Source of the DNA: a virus
Taxonomy: Duplodnaviria; Caudoviricetes
DNA: 29,035 nt
Direction: 5' to 3' (one strand)
IMG/VR virus record: IMGVR_UViG_3300032328_000422
Span: 1 to 29,035 of that record
How positions within the stretch are numbered: position 1 is the first letter of the stretch; the number at the start of each line of letters is the position of its first letter. The position numbers and the translations under genes were made by a program. Positions 26,749-29,035 of the stretch are shown here, in pieces. A model generated the notes under the pieces. That model was not told the origin of the DNA. It searched no databases and was given only the letters and a program-made list of their open reading frames with translations.

Positions 26749-27225
26749 ATGGATGCTAAATTAATGTGGTGCGCTGGATTCTTTCAGGGTGAGGGATATG
26801 TTGGAGTAAGAAGGTCTAAAGTTAAAGCATTAGATATTGGTATTACTCAATATTATGATAGAACTCCCCTAGACAGATTTGCAGAATATGTCGGTACTGG
26901 TTCTGTAAATGGACCACATAAAAATAAATATACAGATGAAGCATATCAGTATAGAAAAACTGGAATTGAAGCAGAAAAAATTATTATATCTATTCTTCCA
27001 TATCTAACAGGAAAAAAATTAGTTCAAGCGCAAAAAGCACTAGATGAAATGGAAGAGTATAGAAAAGTTAATGGTGGATTTAATAAAAAAAATAGAAAGC
27101 GTGGAACAAAATCTCACTGCCCATCTGGACACGACTATGCTTTATATGGTAAAGTTAATAAAGATGGATACAAAATTTGTAAAACATGTCACGCAGAACA
27201 AAAAAGAAAATTGAGGAATAAGTAA
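26749..27225 (+). CDS. Free-standing LAGLIDADG homing endonuclease with C-terminal Cys/His zinc finger (158 aa)
   Basis: LMWCAGFFQGEGYVG motif, GTGSVNGP, ILPYLTGKKLVQA, then HCPSGH..CKTC. Start at ATG 26749 rather than TTG 26704. Confidence 0.8.
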   Translation: MDAKLMWCAGFFQGEGYVGVRRSKVKALDIGITQYYDRTPLDRFAEYVGTGSVNGPHKNKYTDEAYQYRKTGIEAEKIIISILPYLTGKKLVQAQKALDEMEEYRKVNGGFNKKNRKRGTKSHCPSGHDYALYGKVNKDGYKICKTCHAEQKRKLRNK

Positions 27226-29035
27226 TGAGAAACTATGTGGCACTCCACGTTCACTCACACTTCAGCCTCATGGATGGCGTTGCTACTCCAGAAGAATACG
27301 TTAACCGAGCAGTTGAACTTGGTATGCCAGCATTGGCTATCACAGATCATGGTTCTTTATCTGGGCATAGGGAACTGCACCGCATTGCAAAAGCAAAGGG
27401 CATCAAACCAATTCTTGGCGTAGAAGGCTATATGACAAAAGATATGCATGACAAGAGATCAAAGGCAGAACGCACTGATCCTCTTGATATGAATTATCAT
27501 CATATAGTTCTTCTCGCTAAGAATCAAACAGGTTTAGAAAACCTAAATAAAATTAATGAAATTGCTTGGACAGAAGGATTTTTTAGTAAGCCAAGATTTG
27601 ATTTTGATGTATTAAAGAAATACAAAGAAGGTCTTATTGTTACTTCTGGTTGCCTTAGTGGTTGGATTGCCAAGGCGGTAGAACTAGGTGAACTAGCAAC
27701 TGCTAAGAGACACATGCAATGGTTCAAAGATGAGTTTGAGGATGATTACTACATTGAAGTGATGCCACATAACTCTGCCGAGATTAACAAGGGCATTATT
27801 GAACTAGCAGATGCCATGAAGATTAAGATTGTTGTGACTCCAGACTGTCACCACTCTGATCCTAGTCAAAAAGAAATTCAAGAGTTGATGCTTATTCTTA
27901 ATACACATGCAAAACTAGAAAAAGATGCAACATATGAGAAATCAAAGAAGAAAGAATCCTTTATGGATAGACTTGACTATCTTTATGGTGCAAACCGCAT
28001 GATGAGTTTTAACAAGTTTGATATTCATCTTTTGTCTTATGATGAGATGAAGGATGCCATGCTAAAGCAGGGTATTGATCGTGAAGACATGTTTACTTCT
28101 ACTATTGAGATTGCTAATAAGATTGAAGATTATGATATTAAAGAAGGACTTAATCTCCTACCAGTTCAATATCCAAAGCCAGGTGAGGAACTAAAGAAGC
28201 TTTCACTTGAAGGACTAAAGGAACGGGGTCTTGATGGAAAGCAAGAATATCTAGATAGATTAGATGAAGAATTAACTATCATTAATGATAAGAATTTTGC
28301 ACCATACTTTCTTGTAGTACGAAATATGCTTAACTGGGCCAAGAAAGAAGATATTATGGTTGGTCCAGGTCGTGGATCATCTGCAGGTTCTCTGTTGTGC
28401 TACACACTTGGAATCACAGACATTGATCCAATAAAGCATGGGTTGCTATTCTTCCGTTTTATTAATCCAGAACGTAATGACTTTCCTGATATTGACACAG
28501 ACATTCAAGATTCAAGACGTGATGAAGTAAAAGACTATCTAGTTAGACAGTACCGACATGTTGCATCTATTGCTACATTCCTACAGTTTAAGGATAAGGG
28601 TGTTATCAGAGACGTTGCTCGTGCGCTCAACATACCGTTGCCAGATGTAAATAAGGTTCTTAAAACTGTTGATACTTGGGATGACTATTGTAGTTCAAAA
28701 AACTCTGCATGGTTTAGAGAGAAGTATCCAGAAGTAGAATTGTATGGAGATCAACTTCGTGGACGTATTAGAGGTACTGGAATTCATGCTGCTGGTGTTG
28801 TAACTAGCAAGGAGCCTATCTTCAAATATGCACCATTAGAAACAAGATCTGTTACTGGAAGCGATTCTAGAATTCCTGTTGTTGCCGTTGACATGGAAGA
28901 GGCTGAAAAAATCGGCTTAATTAAAATTGATGCACTTGGATTAAAGACTCTTAGTGTACTTAAAAATACATTAGATATTATTGAAGAGCGAGATAAGAAG
29001 AAGATTAATCTACTAGAGATTGATATGGATGATAA
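27225..29035 (+). CDS. dnaE: DNA polymerase III alpha subunit (family C), 5' part; runs off the window
   Basis: Absent from the ORF track because it has no stop in the window. Reads MRNYVALHVHSHFSLMDG, AITDHG, GVEGY, PDCHH, GPGRGSSAGS, FPDIDTD, IHAAGVV, KIDALGL. Confidence 0.97.
   Translation, partial: MRNYVALHVHSHFSLMDGVATPEEYVNRAVELGMPALAITDHGSLSGHRELHRIAKAKGIKPILGVEGYMTKDMHDKRSKAERTDPLDMNYHHIVLLAKNQTGLENLNKINEIAWTEGFFSKPRFDFDVLKKYKEGLIVTSGCLSGWIAKAVELGELATAKRHMQWFKDEFEDDYYIEVMPHNSAEINKGIIELADAMKIKIVVTPDCHHSDPSQKEIQELMLILNTHAKLEKDATYEKSKKKESFMDRLDYLYGANRMMSFNKFDIHLLSYDEMKDAMLKQGIDREDMFTSTIEIANKIEDYDIKEGLNLLPVQYPKPGEELKKLSLEGLKERGLDGKQEYLDRLDEELTIINDKNFAPYFLVVRNMLNWAKKEDIMVGPGRGSSAGSLLCYTLGITDIDPIKHGLLFFRFINPERNDFPDIDTDIQDSRRDEVKDYLVRQYRHVASIATFLQFKDKGVIRDVARALNIPLPDVNKVLKTVDTWDDYCSSKNSAWFREKYPEVELYGDQLRGRIRGTGIHAAGVVTSKEPIFKYAPLETRSVTGSDSRIPVVAVDMEEAEKIGLIKIDALGLKTLSVLKNTLDIIEERDKKKINLLEIDMDD

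Noticed and set aside
26673-27225. Group I intron or intein housing the LAGLIDADG gene
   Set aside because: ssb ends with a natural C-terminus, dnaE starts with its normal N-terminal motif, and there is too little non-coding sequence for a ribozyme. No intein is evident in DnaB or the visible part of DnaE.
27235-27423. 62-aa ORF MWHSTFTH..
   Set aside because: Off-frame shadow of dnaE, which starts at 27225.
259-27727. Numerous minus-strand and off-frame ORFs of 60-142 aa in the ORF track
   Set aside because: All overlap convincing + strand genes, and none shows a recognisable motif; most likely shadow ORFs.
1-29035. CRISPR array, tRNA/rRNA genes, IS elements, stop-codon reassignment, lysis genes
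   Set aside because: Intergenic gaps are all under about 80 nt with no repeat-spacer or cloverleaf pattern seen. Genes are intact in the standard code and TAA, TAG and TGA all end genes. No transposase, holin or endolysin motifs were recognised.

Overview
AT-rich segment of a large tailed dsDNA phage (siphovirus-like Caudoviricetes), with every credible gene on the + strand. Order: 3' end of the major capsid gene, head-completion/neck genes, major tail protein, two tail-assembly-chaperone (TAC) genes, a 2983-aa tape measure protein (TMP), tail-tip/minor tail genes, Zn-ribbon and HTH genes, then a bacterial-type replisome (DnaB, DnaG, Zn-binding SSB, DnaE running off the window) with a free-standing LAGLIDADG endonuclease between ssb and dnaE. 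The gene set and the TGnTAnnnT promoters resemble large actinobacteriophages and freshwater phages; host assignment is inference only. Main oddities: (1) the usual G/GT frameshift pair appears replaced by a gene duplication, an in-frame G'-T fusion plus a separate G, each with its own promoter; (2) the TMP carries motif-bounded inserts, including a pre-toxin-like helix plus an ADP-ribosyltransferase-like domain, suggesting injected cargo; (3) a LAGLIDADG-zinc finger endonuclease supplies the dnaE start signals. All calls come from motif reading and gene order; no database searches were run.
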